A stretch of 64,000 nucleotides of DNA, filler included, from Sphacelaria rigidula (GCA_964200075.2; 7 parts of 7 records of this genome joined end to end with filler, not necessarily neighbours in it), one strand, 5' to 3'. Positions 39,040 to 53,039 are shown, counted from the whole stretch's first letter. Notes: generated by a model not told the origin, from the letters alone. A program made the numbers and translations.

Positions 39040-40412
39040 CTCAAGAGTTCTCCTGGAAGGAGCAGGGGACGGACACCCTCCACTGGCCCCGCTAGCAGGA
39101 ATGACCGGCGAGTCGCCGGATATCACAGCCGTCGCCCTAGCCTGGGGTTCGGCTGGCGGATGAGATCGAGGGGCAATCTGACGCGTTTTGCGATTAACCG
39201 GGCGATTTGCAGATATCCCTGAATCAGGTCCACTCTGCGCCGACACACCCGACTGCCCGCCCCTACGCACTGCTGCTACTGCTGCTCTGTGGTCATTCTG
39301 TGCTTCGAGCGCCTCGGCCTCACGTCGCGCATAAACGCTCGCCAGAACCGGAGTATTATTGCGGCTTGACGACGCCGAGGCACTGTCGCTGGGAGGCGCG
39401 ATCGTCCTCTCTGCTGCTGCGCCGCTGCTCTTGTCCACAATTGCGCCCGCGCTATCACTTGTACCGAAGGCACGTCCAGCGGCGGGAGAAGGTTGTCCGA
39501 CATCGGAGCCAGCCTCTTCCGGATGTGCTGCCAGACCAGCACCGCCGAAAGCCGGGGCCATTGGGATGGTGACTGGGGAAGGAGAGGTGGTAGACGAACT
39601 GGTTATACCCCGAGATGAAGACTCCACCTCAAGATGGTGCATGCCCTCTTTCATCCGCTGCGAAACGGTCTGGCGGCCCGAGGCATGCTGGGCGTCCTTG
39701 TCCATCAGCGGTGTAGGATTCGGTGAGAGCGCGGCAGAAGACACGGGAGATGCCGTCAAAGACCATGCGGGTCCATAGCGCCGCGGCGCATCGGAGAAAC
39801 TGCGCTCGAGTCCGAATCGCCGCTGCACGCACAGGCGGTACTGCTGATTAGGCCCAACGGGCGGTGCCGCTGTCCCCGGTGGCGTGGTCGCAGGCAATCG
39901 TGCTGCAGACGACAGCGCCTCGCTTCTCGCGTGGCCTTGATTGTTTTCGATGTCGCGCGCTGGAGTTCTCGGGGGTAGTGCTGTCGGGTTATTAAAACGG
40001 TTCACTGTCGCTGGTTCTGCTTCTGGTTCTTGTTCTGGTTCTACCGGTAGCGGTGTCGTTGACGGATCATGAACGCCCGTATCGCCACCGTAGTCGTCCA
40101 CGCCGTTGAAGGGCGAGGGGCGGGTACAGCAGCCTATTCGCACCGCGAGCCGTTGCAGTAGGCCCACGCCGCTTCGGCAGAGCGCAAGTAAACTGAAGAT
40201 GTCCTCGGTCTCCTCCAGCGTCACCACAAACTCACCATCTTCCTTGTGCAAGAAGATCCGCACCGCCGAATCGCTGTCCGGGTCAACGCCGCTCCCGGGC
40301 GCGCTGGCCACCACAAGCTTAATCACTTCCGCCAGGTCGAAAATGTCTCTGCTAGCTGGGGGAACAAATCGTCGAAATAGTCGCGGTGCATACATATGTG
40401 TGTCAAGCACAT
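39040..40412 (-). CDS. Large internal exon of an unknown protein: globular, possibly PB1-like N-terminal segment followed by a P/S/A-rich disordered region
   Basis: 465-aa open frame with GC-rich, coding-like composition. Acceptor aatag lies next to 40412 and a strong donor gag|gtaagt at 39040. VRIFLHKEDGEFVVTLEETEDI resembles an acidic PB1 motif (inference). Confidence 0.6.
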
Positions 40413-40658
40413 CTATTAGGATGAGGCGATGTCTTTATTTCTAAATGTGGAGGTTGAAGAGGGCAAGGGCAAGGGCAAGGGGTGAGGGAGAGGTGCGGCT
40501 CTGGTGAACCGCCTCCGTCCTTGGAGTATGACGAGATATGTCGGGAAGTAACGACGGCCCGAGGTGACGGAACATTCACTTCAGAGGAATATTCCCGGAT
40601 GCATGCGGGCTAAACAATATATATATATCGACGCAGGAATGTAATAGGCGTGTTTGGG

Positions 40659-40872
40659 AAGACGTACGCAGTCTGGTCCCATGATAGCAACGGAAAAAAG
40701 GCAAACAGGAAATAGGGACCATACTACGCAAAACTTGGAATGGGAGATAGGGTATAACACATCGTTCGGCAAGACGTACACAGTCTGGTCCCATGATAGC
40801 AACGGAAAAAGGCAAACAGGAAATATGGACCATACGACGCAAAACTTGGGAATGGGAGATAGTACATAACAC
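40659..40872. repeat. Tandem duplication, 2 units of about 112 bp
   Basis: AAGACGTAC(G/A)CAGTCTGGTCCCATGATAGCAACGG...TGGGAGATAG occurs twice. Confidence 0.85.
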
Positions 40873-40889
40873 ATTGATGGTACTCGCTC

Positions 40890-41050
40890 ATGTCACAAAT
40901 AACTTTCGGTCCACCGGGCCCCTTGTCCAAGAGGACGAGACGTCTCGTCTCCTACAGCGCATCATGTTTGGACGGTGGGATGCACATTGAGCCAAGGAGC
41001 CTGGCCGACCCTCCACAAACGGGGAAGATCACCTTCAGGAAGACCTGCGG
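40890..41050 (+). mobile_element. Degenerate 3' end of an RTE-like LINE ORF
   Basis: TGPLVQEDETSRLLQRIMFG...EPGRPSTNGEDHLQEDL resembles the RTE C-terminal pattern WxGHVxRMxxxRLPKRIMFG...RGRPxxxWxDxLxEDL. Confidence 0.5.
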
Positions 41051-41612
41051 AGTCGATTTCAGGTCTGCCAACGCACACTTTGCCTAGGGAAGCCTATGCA
41101 ACCCCCTTGCCCGAGGATCTCGTACGCCTTGGGTCGGGGTTAGGGTTAGGGTCAGCCTTACTGTTCGTTTGCTCGAAAAAATCAACCATAATAGATACAC
41201 GACCAAAACTCCAGGTCGCCTCCATTTCCATGCTGGCCACCTCATTTCAATGAATCATATGCGCGAGTTCTCCAAGCCGGGAAATCAACCTACTCATGAT
41301 ACACAAATATCTTTGTGCGATCAGAAAGTCCCGCCCGGTCGGAAACTTGTGGTGGCATTGCGAGTGTTACTGCTCTCAGCGGTATTCGTCCATTGAAAAA
41401 AGAATGATCCACAGGATAACGCACGTACTCACGAGTGCAGCGTAACCGCAACTGACGATCAGTATACACGAAGCACTTATTGAGAAAAACGGAAAAAACA
41501 CGCGAGACATCACTCGACAAAACGACCGTAACCCCGTCACAAAAAATGTCAGCAATATCAGCTCGCTGAGGTGCGCCATCTTCGTCGCTATATTCATCAC
41601 GTGTACCGTTCG

Positions 41613-41746
41613 TACCCTGGACAAAAGAATACACAGTCAAAAAGTGTACTGCGTACAGTATCGACGATTACGCCTATTGCAACAGGCAATATATTCCATA
41701 CTGTACGCAGTACATTTTTTGACAATACAATTTTTTGTCCAGGGTG
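41613..41746. mobile_element. About 135-bp MITE of the CACCCTGGACAA family
   Basis: ACCCTGGACAAAA...TTTTGTCCAGGGTG, with an inner inverted pair GTACTGCGTACAGTAT/ATACTGTACGCAGTAC. Confidence 0.75.
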
Positions 41747-41950
41747 TGGTACCGTTCATTGTGCATCGGAGGCGCGGGACCTTGCGGACGCATCCCTTAC
41801 ACTTGCACAGTAAAGGGGTGAGCAAATCTTATGGAATATGTTTGCTACAACAGGCGATTTGTGCTGCATCCATATCTCTTGTCCTGCTCATTTCAAGGAA
41901 GAAATATTCAGGATCAGCTCTTCCCCCCCCCCCCCCCCCCCCCAGCCCCC

Positions 41951-41986
<36 letters not shown>

Positions 41987-43669
41987 ATGAGTACCCCCCC
42001 CCCCCCCCCCCCCCGAAAAATCCAGGCAGGTTTTGAGATTTACGCTTGAATTCGGGCCGGGCTTTCTATCGACCCTTCACACGAGAGTCTCACAGGTGGG
42101 ACGTCAGCCACGCACTACTACACGCTTTCCACGCGAATAGGTATCTTCCGGAAATCACCAGCGTTATAACCTCCCCCCAGATCTCCTCGCGCCCTGCACA
42201 CTTTTGTACGACTTCAACATCGATGCCCTTCTGATTCGCATACTGTATGCTAAAACAAGTCGTTTCCATGGCTAACCGCCAAATTGACTACTACTGCGGA
42301 ACGTGGGCCCTAAAATTAGAGCGCGTGTACTGTCAACTCGATACCAAACGGTCTGCGCGCCTTGAAAAGGGTCGCGGAAAAAATGCCACGCCATCGGTTC
42401 GACGAATTTCACTGCCAGTTGCAGTAATATTAACTGCATCCGGGATATGTGCTTCCAGTGTTGGTCGCAAGCAGCCAAAATGGGTAAACAGCCGCACGAA
42501 GACTGGCCCCAGGATGTTCACCAGCTCACATCTACCCCTTAACGTGCCGTAGGACAGCTTCAACTATCGGTTGTATGTCAAGATGGAGACGGATTCTCCC
42601 GTGTGTACACAAAGCGGCTGCAGATATCTTAGTTTCCACGGTTCGGATAAACCATCGCCGGTTCGAATCACCAAATCCTAGAGCTCGGAAATGCTTTGTC
42701 TAACCATTAACCAGCTACATGCTTACGCATAGCACAACCATCAAACACTTAAATGGTACATAATGGTTTGGTCATCGAGCGGCGCAGCCGCGAGCCGAGA
42801 AGCCTCCCCCGGCAGGAGGAGCTTCGCCGGAGGCGCACCCTGACGGCCTCCCTGGAGGCGCCGTGCCGGATGCACGTTATTACGCGATTTAGCTCAACTA
42901 GAGCTGAAAATACGTTAAATTCGGGGCGATTTTCAAAGGCTGTATGTAGCATACGTAGCTGGTACCTGCTTATAAAGCCGGTGACGGTAGATAATGGTGT
43001 GAAACCATTATTCAATTTTTTCAAGTAACCATTTACCATTAGTACCATTATAATGATAATAGCCAGTTATAACTGGTACCATTCGGAGCTCTACCAAATC
43101 CACATTTTCCAGGCACGGTTGCTCGTAAGAGGGGGGAAAAGTTGACCGCTGGTCACAAAGAGGGCTCCACGCAATTTTTGCGACATTCCACGTGCCAGGG
43201 GTGCGCGTACCTTGAGCGCAACGCTGGACACAAAGTTCAAGGATTGTTTCGTACGGTATGAATCAATTAGACTGAAATCAAGTAATTTTCAGACGAATCG
43301 TTGATTCATTCAAGTCCGACCCTTGTTAGTGTCGGATAATCGCCGATTGTACACGTGCACTAAAAGCGCTTGAACAGCACAGCCATCATGTGCTTGATCG
43401 GACGAGAGAGCGACACGGGGAACAGAGCAAGGTGCCAACGACACGTACAAGGGGGGGGAAACATGGCAAGAAACCTCCATCTTTCATACCACATTGAGAG
43501 GCGCACAACAAACACCACTCTCTGACTCTGCCGTATCGAGGATCCAATGTTGCAAGACACACGCGGCCATGCGACTACCCCCATAAAAACCCTCTATCGC
43601 GATTGTCATCCTCTCAAGGGTAAAATACCTTATAGAGGGTATTTCATCTCCAGGTGCGGTCATGAACGA

Positions 43670-43885
43670 ATCCTCTGGAGGCCATCTGATGCTCCAGTGA
43701 CTTCTGAGGTCTGAATCCCTCGAGAGTAACAAAAAAGATGGTGCTCTGGAGGGCCGCGCATCCTCCAAATTCCTCCGGAGGGATGCGCGGCCCTCCAAAG
43801 GCAAAACAAGCCTCTGGAGGCGTTTGATCACACCCCTCTGGAGGCCGCGCACCCTCTGAAGGCATTTAATTCCTCTGAAGGCTCG
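43670..43885. repeat. Degenerate minisatellite built on CCTCTGGAGG
   Basis: The motif and its variants recur many times. Confidence 0.6.
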
Positions 43886-44334
43886 AAAAGTTGGCCAAAA
43901 CAGAATATTTCTGGGGGGAGGGGTAGCCGAATGGCCGCGTGTGCGAGCGTTGCTGTACATACAGCGGTCGGCGTAGTGGTTTTGCCTCCTCTCAACTCAC
44001 CACCTACGCAAACGCGACCCTCCCGCGGCGCATCCCTCGCAGCTATACAACATACCGAACTTCTAATCTCTATGCGGAAAATACACAAGCCATCACTCCA
44101 GCTCCGGGTTTAATTTTCTGCCCGACGGACAACGAGGCCATGATTGCAAATGTTGATAGGTCTTACCTGACATGTTTCTTCACATCAGACGGATTTGAAT
44201 TATTACCCTATATTACCATCGACGCTCCCTGTAAAAACTGTGGTTTCGGACGCATCACGTCCCCGGATAATGGATATTCTCTGCCCGAAAACTCACCAGT
44301 TACCTGGTTTCGCGCTGCAATTTATTATTATTTT

Positions 44335-44642
44335 TGATTTCTCGCACTTGAAACCCCTCTCCTTCCTCGGGAGAGTCCGTGGTCTGAAGGGATAAACTCA
44401 TCCCTCCCCCGGTACACACCTGGCATTGATCTCGCGGGTTGGGTCAGCACTCCCGCACCGCATCAACTCACACGTCAAACAAACTCAGTCAACTGACTAC
44501 TTTGTTTACTCACGTTCTCACGCTGTCCACGGTGGAAATCAGACATTACAAAGAAAAAAATATATAACCAACGCATCGGGAATCGAACCCTCGCTCCCTT
44601 CACCCTAATGGCGACAGTCGGACCATTGCACCACCGGGACGC
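44335..44642 (-). mobile_element. tRNA-derived SINE-like element (second copy)
   Basis: The minus strand has A box TGGTGCAATGG and B box GGTTCGATTCC. The body aligns by eye with 49112-49410. Confidence 0.7.
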
Positions 44643-45646
44643 GGCGGCTTCATGCAAGTACTGGTAAAATGCCGGAAATGGCCCAAAATTCATCTCCTGG
44701 GGTTTTCCTTGAAGGAATGGTGGTGCATAAACATTCCGATGATAATTCTGCCGTTAGCTGCGGTACTGCACTTGCCTGCGCGCGACCTCGAACGCCACGC
44801 CCACCCGACACCCATCAAGGTCATCAGTAGCAGCCACAGGAAACAGGCCAGAGCCAGGTGATCAACTTTCACGCCTTGCTCGATAGATTCCACTTCCGAC
44901 ACCTGGTACATTCCGAGAACAAGGCAGAGTTCAATTTTGCGGGCTAATGTGCATGCAATGTGTACCTCATTGCGGCTCGCTATTGCCACTATAGCAGGCT
45001 GCTGTACCCTTTACAGGGCCGCATACTGCAGCAGTGACTTGTTTACCAATGGTACTACAGAAACAACATCACGGTCACTAGAACCGACGCGTCGTCTTTT
45101 GTGCAATCCCTTAGGATTTTTGGTGCGCGTTCCCACCACATTTTGTCCCGCAATGCTTCACATTTCTTGCGTAATTACAGGAAACCTCGACAACGCATTC
45201 GCCATTCTTCCTTCGACATATAAGAAAAGTCGGTGGTGGCGCGCGATGCTATAGTTAGATTCGTTGCAACGATGCAGTCACGGAGGTGCTCATGGGAAAA
45301 AGAAAAAAATCTGTGTTGGTCTTGTGGAAAAAAAGCGGGTCAAATTTGACGAAAATTGGGCCGATTTCGACCAATTTGTACCGTTCTCGACCGAATCTTG
45401 ACGCATGTTGCCTGTTTTCGTTTCAAACGTAGCTGACAACATGATGGCATGCTTTCAGACGAGGCGCAGGTATCGTCTAGCAATGATGAAGCGAGAACGA
45501 AAAGCCATTTTTGCACATTCTTGCGTGTTTCGCCCTTTTCCCGGGTTTACATCTCCCCCCCCTCATTTTTCCGGAAAGGGGGAAAACGGCCATTTTTGGG
45601 CCGACTGCTTTAGTTTCGGCCTCTGGCCTATGCAGGAGGCCGCGTG

Positions 45647-45677
<31 letters not shown>

Positions 45678-48600
45678 GGTTGGTTTTTTGGCTAGTTGGG
45701 GGGGGGAAACAAGGACAAAAAGGGGGGGGGGGGGGGGGGGGNNNNNNNNNNNNNNNNNNNNNNNNNNNNNNNNNNNNNNNNNNNNTTAATTAATTAANNN
45801 NNNNNNNNNNNNNNNNNNNNNNNNNNNNNNNNNNNNNNNNNCATCTTCTTGCCCCGCTGCTGTACTGGCTACTTTCCTCCCGGCAGGCCATTTTCATCGT
45901 ATAAGGTCCAAGGACGGCTTGCATAACACAAGGTCTTACTCACACCAGGATGTCCCGTACTTTTCCACTCCGTGTACGATTCACCATGGGTCGGTACTCC
46001 ACTGGTGCTTTCGAGTAGACCTCCGCTGCCGAAAGCTTGGCCAACGATTCCCCCACACCTTGTATCAGCATCTATCCTTCAAGATCTTTAAACGTTTACG
46101 TACCACTCGCTTGGTACTTCTTCTCGTAGGTCATGTGGTCGGTCATCGGTAAGGTGATTGTTTCATGAGTGCAGTAGGTCTCGGCATTAATGCCATGCAT
46201 TGTCCACTCTTTCTCTTTGTTAGGCACTTTTTGCACCTATTGTCGGAAATATCTGGAAATGGCCGACCAGACCTCCAACGCCCAATGGAAACCGGTATGG
46301 TTTACGAGTATCTTACCACGAGACCCCAACTTCCATGTGAAATTGACATGGAGGGGGTGATGACCCTACCCTACCCGTACTGGTTATATCTTCTGCATTT
46401 TGTTTTCATTTGCATGTGAGGTGATCAACCTTCACGCTGTTGTTCCTTTGAGGCCCTAGGCCGAAAAGGGTTCTACTGGACCGAAATTCTAAAAGTGTCC
46501 TATCCTATCCTATACGTCCGCTCTCACGGCGAAGGCCAAAATTACGCATTTTGTTTTCTCGAATGGATTAGAAGCCGCGCTGCGCGAAAAAATCATCCCA
46601 TCGCTCTTCTAACATCAATCGAGATGCCGTCTATGCAACCCTTTTTCATCATAAGACCACCAGTAGACTCTCTGTAAGCCTCCTATTCCTACCCGACAAG
46701 TTCCGTGGCCTCCGAGCGATGTTTTATCCGTACTCCCTACTTCTGTATGATCCACGAAAACTCTCGTACCCTACCCAATGCACCTCAACGCTACAAAAAC
46801 TCAAATTTATTCTCGGGGCTGTGAACAATCAGCTCTGTTCAGTTCCGTCAACACTTGCCGCGCCAGTTGCCCCTCCATCCACTTTTTCCAGCTAATCGCC
46901 CCTCCCGGCTGGTGGAGGGTCCCGCTCAGGAGCGTCGCCCAAGTCAGTAGAATTTCGCGTGTTTAAACTTTTTTTCCTGCGGTAACCGTAGTTGGTTGTG
47001 AATAATGTAACCACTCACTGCGAGCTGATACGAGCCTCGTACTGCTCCAACATGTCTTCGGTATGTAGTAGTGATTCGAACATCATTTCTCTACACCATC
47101 TAGCAGCAGACCCTCTTCTTGGGGACCTGGGGATCGGAACAAATATGCCACACCCTCGCAGTACCTTGGGCAATTGAAGTAAACAGGTTCTCACCGCAGC
47201 TTATTCGATAGAACGCTTGTGTGTTTTGTGATCGTCCGTGACCGGATTTTGTTTTCTTCGGATGAGGTACATACCTGCTACATTACTTCGACATATTGTG
47301 AGTTTCTCCTGCTTCATGTTCACATCGACCTTCATGCAATTGTGAACTGGGGTACGGAGATCGGCACTTCAGCACCAAGCGTCCCACCATAACTGAGACC
47401 CACCTCTTCACTCCTTCGTTTATCTCATTCGACTGACCAGCCTTCGACCGACCCGATGTCGGCGATAAAAAAACTGTAGAACAACCGGGTACCACCGACG
47501 TTTGGGGGACCTGAACTGCTGTAGACTGCTGACTTCAACCTTACAGTCTAATCGTACGCAGTGTTTTTTTCTCATGAACTCCCCATCATTGAACTACTAT
47601 AAATATTACTCGGTATAGACAAGCGGCGCAGGACCTCCACATGAACTGGACAACTGGCGCTCTCGTACCCATTTCCAGTTGAGCTCCAGTAATAGCATTG
47701 AAGATATAGAATTTTAACTGGCTCACTCCCCAGCCCATTTCTTCGATGCTTTCGGTGTACTTCCTTACCGGAGTTGGCGCCAACCATTGCAATCCCACGA
47801 TTCGACACACATTAGGAACGGGACGCTAGGAGGGCACCTCCCACCTTTTTTGTGATAATACACTTCTACATGCTAGACTTGCTTGTACAGAATGCCACAC
47901 TTACGTGGAGGCCGTGGTTTCCTCAGTGCAGGTTCATCGAGAAGTATCCTGATAATCGAAGGCAACTTCTTATCCCATTTTCTCTCTTTTCAACCTACTT
48001 GACACCGTTGCTTTCAACACCCGTTCGTCGCGCATTCGCTCACAGTACAACTATCTTTCCTTCCGTACTATTTTCTCGCTGAACTTTCCGCAACCGTCGC
48101 TTCGTCCTCCTTCCAACTCGTTCGGCATTGACAGGTGCTCCACATGCAGCACCCACATCTCTGCCTTGCAGATCCAGAAAACAGCTGCCCTTCCTCTACA
48201 TGTCCGATCCTATCGCCGGTAAAGACAGGGTATATGCCCACGCGGACGGCTGCGCGTGCGTAAAAACCCTCGTGAAAGCAGCCGAGGAGTGCACTCATCC
48301 GTGTTACGAGTGTACAGCAACCCTGTCCCAAAACACACTCTAAAATCTCTTGGCGGGGGATGGCGAACCAGCTTTCATAAGGTGTGACCTCTGTTTCGAC
48401 GGCACGCGTGCCACGCTCCTGTCTGATTTCCAATGGCACTTGTTGAAGGAGAAAGCGTCGTAAGCGTCGAGAAACGACGACTCGACACCGCGCAAAGCAC
48501 CGCGGGTCAGTGATAACTCCCTGCCCCCTCCCGGAAACCAACCCGTCACGCCACCAACTAAGATCTCCCCTCCCATCGAAAAGAAGAAAAACAGTACGAC

Positions 48601-49111
48601 CCGACAAGGTAGCCGACCCACGGTTGTCCCTGTTCAACTCCCTCTCCACTTTGTGTAGTCTTATTTTCATCCTGCCCTCTCACACCTTGAATGATTGCTC
48701 GGTACCAGACCTTTCTTTCTTTCTTTCTTCCAACATGCCTCAGTGCAATCTTCAGCCTGCACGCTTGTTCACGTCTCTTCGTTCCTTCACCTCCCCCTTG
48801 TCTACCTTCTTGATACCGTGCTGCGTTCCAAAACCAGATGTCTACACTCGGGACGTGACGAACTTCGTCAGATCCGACATCATCCACGTCAGCTTCCGTC
48901 AGTCTCTGTGATTTTTGAGCGGCGTCGTTTCTTCTCGTTTTGGGCTCCGGTTCTTTCGGCGTTGTGTATTCTTACAGTAACGTCGTCAAACCAACTTCTT
49001 TTTCCCCGTACTTTTCGGGGGCCAGGATCGGGGAGGATTTGGTGTGTCCTCAGTTTTATATTGCCTTCGTTCTCAACTGCTCCCGATACATCACGGAAAT
49101 ATCTGCTTCTA

Positions 49112-49410
49112 GCGCCCCGGTGGTGTATTGATCCGACTGTTGCCATTGGGGCGGAGAGAACGGGGGTTCGATTCCCGATTGGTTGGGTGCTTTCTTCGTT
49201 ATGTACGATTTCCACCGTTGAAAACGTGAGTGCGTAGGTAAACAATATTAGTCCACTGGGTTTGTGTGACGTGGGTTGACGCGGTGCGGAAGTGCTGACG
49301 CAATCCGCAAGAGCGAAACGAAAGGCGCGTACCGGGGGAGAGGTGAGTTGATCCATCGAGACCACGGACTCATTCCGAGGAAAGGGGGGGGTTGAAAGTG
49401 TGCGGGGGAA
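49112..49410 (+). mobile_element. tRNA-derived SINE-like element
   Basis: Pol III A-box-like TGGTGTATTGA and B box GGTTCGATTCC (49165-49175). About 300 bp homologous to 44335-44642 on the minus strand. Confidence 0.7.
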
Positions 49411-52066
49411 AACAAAAGGACAGGTAGATTTGAGGTTCTCGAACTTGGATTAGCTCTGGGTAATTACACCGAACTAATATGAGGATGATCAACTCACTTG
49501 ATGTTGATGCTGAGCCAATTCAGTTGATGTTTCGTCGATGAAGCCATAACCTAATTTCCTTGAACCTGGTATATTTTTCAATATTATCAAGTCTTTTTCG
49601 GGGCGGTTCTCGCTGCCTGCGACATGTCGATCCCTGCGTTTGCTGTTCCTACATGTACATGCAGCAGGGGGTGGTAATTTGGTCGTGTAGATCGCACGCC
49701 GGAAATTTGCTGGCTTGCAGTGTGTTCCTCGTTGCTGGATCGGTTTTGGCAGGGTGGTTGTTTTTCTGTACAGGTTTTTGTGCAAAGACATCCTCTGTCG
49801 ACTCTTGGCTTTAAGATCATCGATGGTGAGTTCCTTGCACCCCGTGACCACCGGTCGGAGATAAAATCTAATGTAGTGAAAGAAATGAACCAATGTGACG
49901 TGAGCTCTGAAAATCGAAGATGACAGTACCCCGCCGGTGGGAGTTGAGATGAAACGTGCCCGTACCATGTTTTTTGCGCACGAATTACACCCGTGTCGTG
50001 CCTTTCCCGACTCCCCGTAAAAAAAAGAATTCTCAAAGGACGAGCACGGCGCCTAAACTAGTCGCGGTGCTATCAACCATTTGAAAATTTCGCCGCAGTT
50101 TCCGTCGTTGTATTTCGAAACCGCAAATCATCGCGTGTGATATGATCACTGATCTCCCGCCTTTTCATGCCGAGAAGAGTCGCAAAACGTCGTGGATGCT
50201 GGATTCTGTTACATGATCTCACTCTCGATTGTAGCAAATCATTCAAAATTTTCTTGCACGAAGCCAACGGAATGCCTATGGGCTGCAGCAAATCGGTTTT
50301 GCCAGGGACTTTCGCCAACCGCATCGTGTTTTCGAAAATGCACCCAAGCATGTGCCGACGGACCCATCAAGAACAGCTCATGATCCATCAACGCAGGAAA
50401 ACAAACGCTACCGCATCAGCAAAATAGCTGCAAAACACCGGGACCACTTGGAACTGGTCGACAAAAAGAACATCATCCTGTGCTGAACAGCAATCAACGT
50501 TACAACGAACACCGGACGCTGGGTCTCGGTAGCCTCCAAGACCATTGCTCCTGCTCCACCTTTTCCGTACTTGGGAGCGGGGAAGATCGGGATCGAATTT
50601 TCCCGGCATGTCGCGGCGCAGCTCCACCTCTACCCCATCCGCGCTCCCCTTCCTTGAGGAACAGTACGTGGTCTACACTAATCGCTGACTCTGCGCAATT
50701 GGATGTCACGCGGAGCGTCGACTTTTAGAAGAGATGCGCGTTGCACGTCTTCTGCATGATCCTGCGGAAATGATCAATTGGTTGCAGCGTTGAAGGACAC
50801 GGGTAATGGCAGGAGTTAATGGGACTCGTTACAGTTGATGAATTGGATGCTTCAATACAGCTGGACTAATTTCAACTACAAATTGGAAACTGACACAAAC
50901 AGGACGTGCATCTGTCCCATGTGGGCATGATGCTTCTCATGCCGCGGTCAAACGTATCCATCCACTTGGCATCACACGAGGACGATACCGACACATTCAA
51001 CACAACGCGGGTACTCACGATCGAAAACACGTGGACTAATCCTGTCGAGCGGCCGGGCACCCTCGACTCCGGCGACATTAAAGATGACATCCTACAAAGC
51101 CTTGTCGAGCTTGATCGTGTCTTCGTCGGGGAGGTTTGTCTAGTTCATGAAGAAAGTGCCAGCGATAGCGGAGGGAAAGAGATGGTGCGCATGAGGTACG
51201 GGTGCGAGTGCTCAGAGCTCAGTTGCACGCAGTGCGTGTTGGTATGATCGCCAGGGGTTGCGACGTATCATGAAATCGTACATGCACTGATGGGAGCAAC
51301 CATCCTACATACAATATCTGAAGTTGTAGCCCCTTCATGTCCTGTAGTCGTCAGCAGGCCCCCTGTTTCCACAAATATCTGTCGAGAAAAAGACTCGAAA
51401 TTGGCAGAAGTAGCTAGACGGGTACAAGAAGGATATCTCAAAATGGGCATGCTGCCGAGATTGTGAACGGAGGCCGAAAAACGCATTTTTTTGTTGATGC
51501 ATTTCACGGACATCGCTACCCCTAACCTTGGCTCAATTCAAGGCAAACCGAGATCCCTCGGGCAAGGGAGGTACACGGCGTTTTCTAGCCCAAGCGCGGC
51601 CTTCGTGGACCCCAAATTCGCGCCCGCGGCGTCGATTTCAACGAAAACGCGTTCTGGGCACGCGAGGACTACATGGGACTGTCGCCCCCCCCTGAAGATC
51701 CGATCATCTCTGTCCACACTCGAATCGAGTAATACCAACCATGAACATACTACCCCCGTCAACTCTGCTTTCATGGCGTCGGGTTGAAGGTGTACGTACA
51801 TACCGAAGTTCGTGCGACCCAGGACATGTGCACATGTACAACGAACAGCACACGGGTACGACATGACACCTGGACCACTTGCACCCTTCAAATTGTTGCA
51901 CGATACGTTGACGTGTAGCATAATAAGCGACTAGTTGCCCCTCAGACCATGATGGTAGGTCACCTGCAGAATCCGCATCAATTTTCACGCGGAAAGAGTA
52001 TGCGTGATTCAGATGGACTACCCGTACCACGGTCTAGGGATTAACCGTCAATACACTACATTCCAG

Positions 52067-53039
52067 AATGGTTGACACAATTGACAACTATCGCTACCCC
52101 TGACTCTAGCCCCAACCCAACGCATACCGAGAAACCTCGGGCAAGGGCGGGACATACATTCCCTGGGCGAAGTGCGGCCTTGGTAGACCCCAAATCGGCG
52201 CCTGTGGCGCCGATGTCAACGGAAAACGCGTTCTGTGCACGCGAGGAGCACACGGGGCTGTCATTCCAACTAATACTCCGCCTCTCGTCGTTCACACTCG
52301 AATCAAGTAATATCAACCATTCTAAAACGTAGCCCAACGCCGGTAAACTCTGCGGGATCATCGTGTCGTTATATTCAACAAGCTACATGAAAATGAAATG
52401 CACGCAGTCGGCGGTTTGTGTAAGCCAAGCCCTCTATCGAGGAGGGGGCTTGGATGGGATAGAGGGTTCAGTTGTACTGCTGCACGCCCGATAAGAGTGG
52501 GTTCCGATGTCCCACGCTCCAAGTACGGGAGAGGTGGAACAAGGGCTCCGGTATAAACGAGGCTAGCTGACCATCGTCGTTCACACTCAAGTCGAGTGAT
52601 ATCAACCATTCTAAAACGTAGCCCAACGCCGGTAAACTCTATTGCATTACAGTGAAGTAGAGTTTTTCGGGGTTGGACTGCGTTTTAAAATGGTTGATAT
52701 CACTTGATTTGAGTCTGAACGACGAGAATCGGAATACTAGTGCAATAGAGTTTACCGGCGTTGGACTACGTTTTAGAATGATCGATATTGCTTGATTTGA
52801 GTGTGAGCGACGATAATCTCTAAGTTTAGCGGGGTTGACAGTCCCGTGTGCTCCTCGCGTGTACAGAACGCGTTTTCGTTGGAATCGGCGCCACAGGCGC
52901 CGATTTGGGGCCTACCAAGGCCGCGCTTTGCCTAGGGAATGAATGTCCCGCCCTTGCCCGAGGTTTCTTGGTATGCGTTGGGCTGGGGTAAGGGTTCAAG
53001 GGTAGGGGTAGCGATACTTTTAAAATTGTGCCAACCATT
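52067..53039. mobile_element. Foldback-like element with about 285-bp inverted arms and an inner hairpin
   Basis: 52067-52351 is a highly similar reverse complement of 52747-53039. An inner inverted pair at 52574-52641 / 52658-52725 repeats the arms' inner sub-unit. Confidence 0.8.

Noticed and set aside
44570..44642. Functional tRNA gene (also 49112, 1890, 36860)
   Set aside because: A/B boxes or a B box are present but there is no convincing cloverleaf. The two main copies share a long non-tRNA body.
45842..48900. Ancient gag-pol relic on the minus strand
   Set aside because: Only faint motif echoes among many stops; not supportable without a search.
49480..51500. Gene or endogenous virus fragment
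   Set aside because: Only short ORFs with no identifiable motifs.
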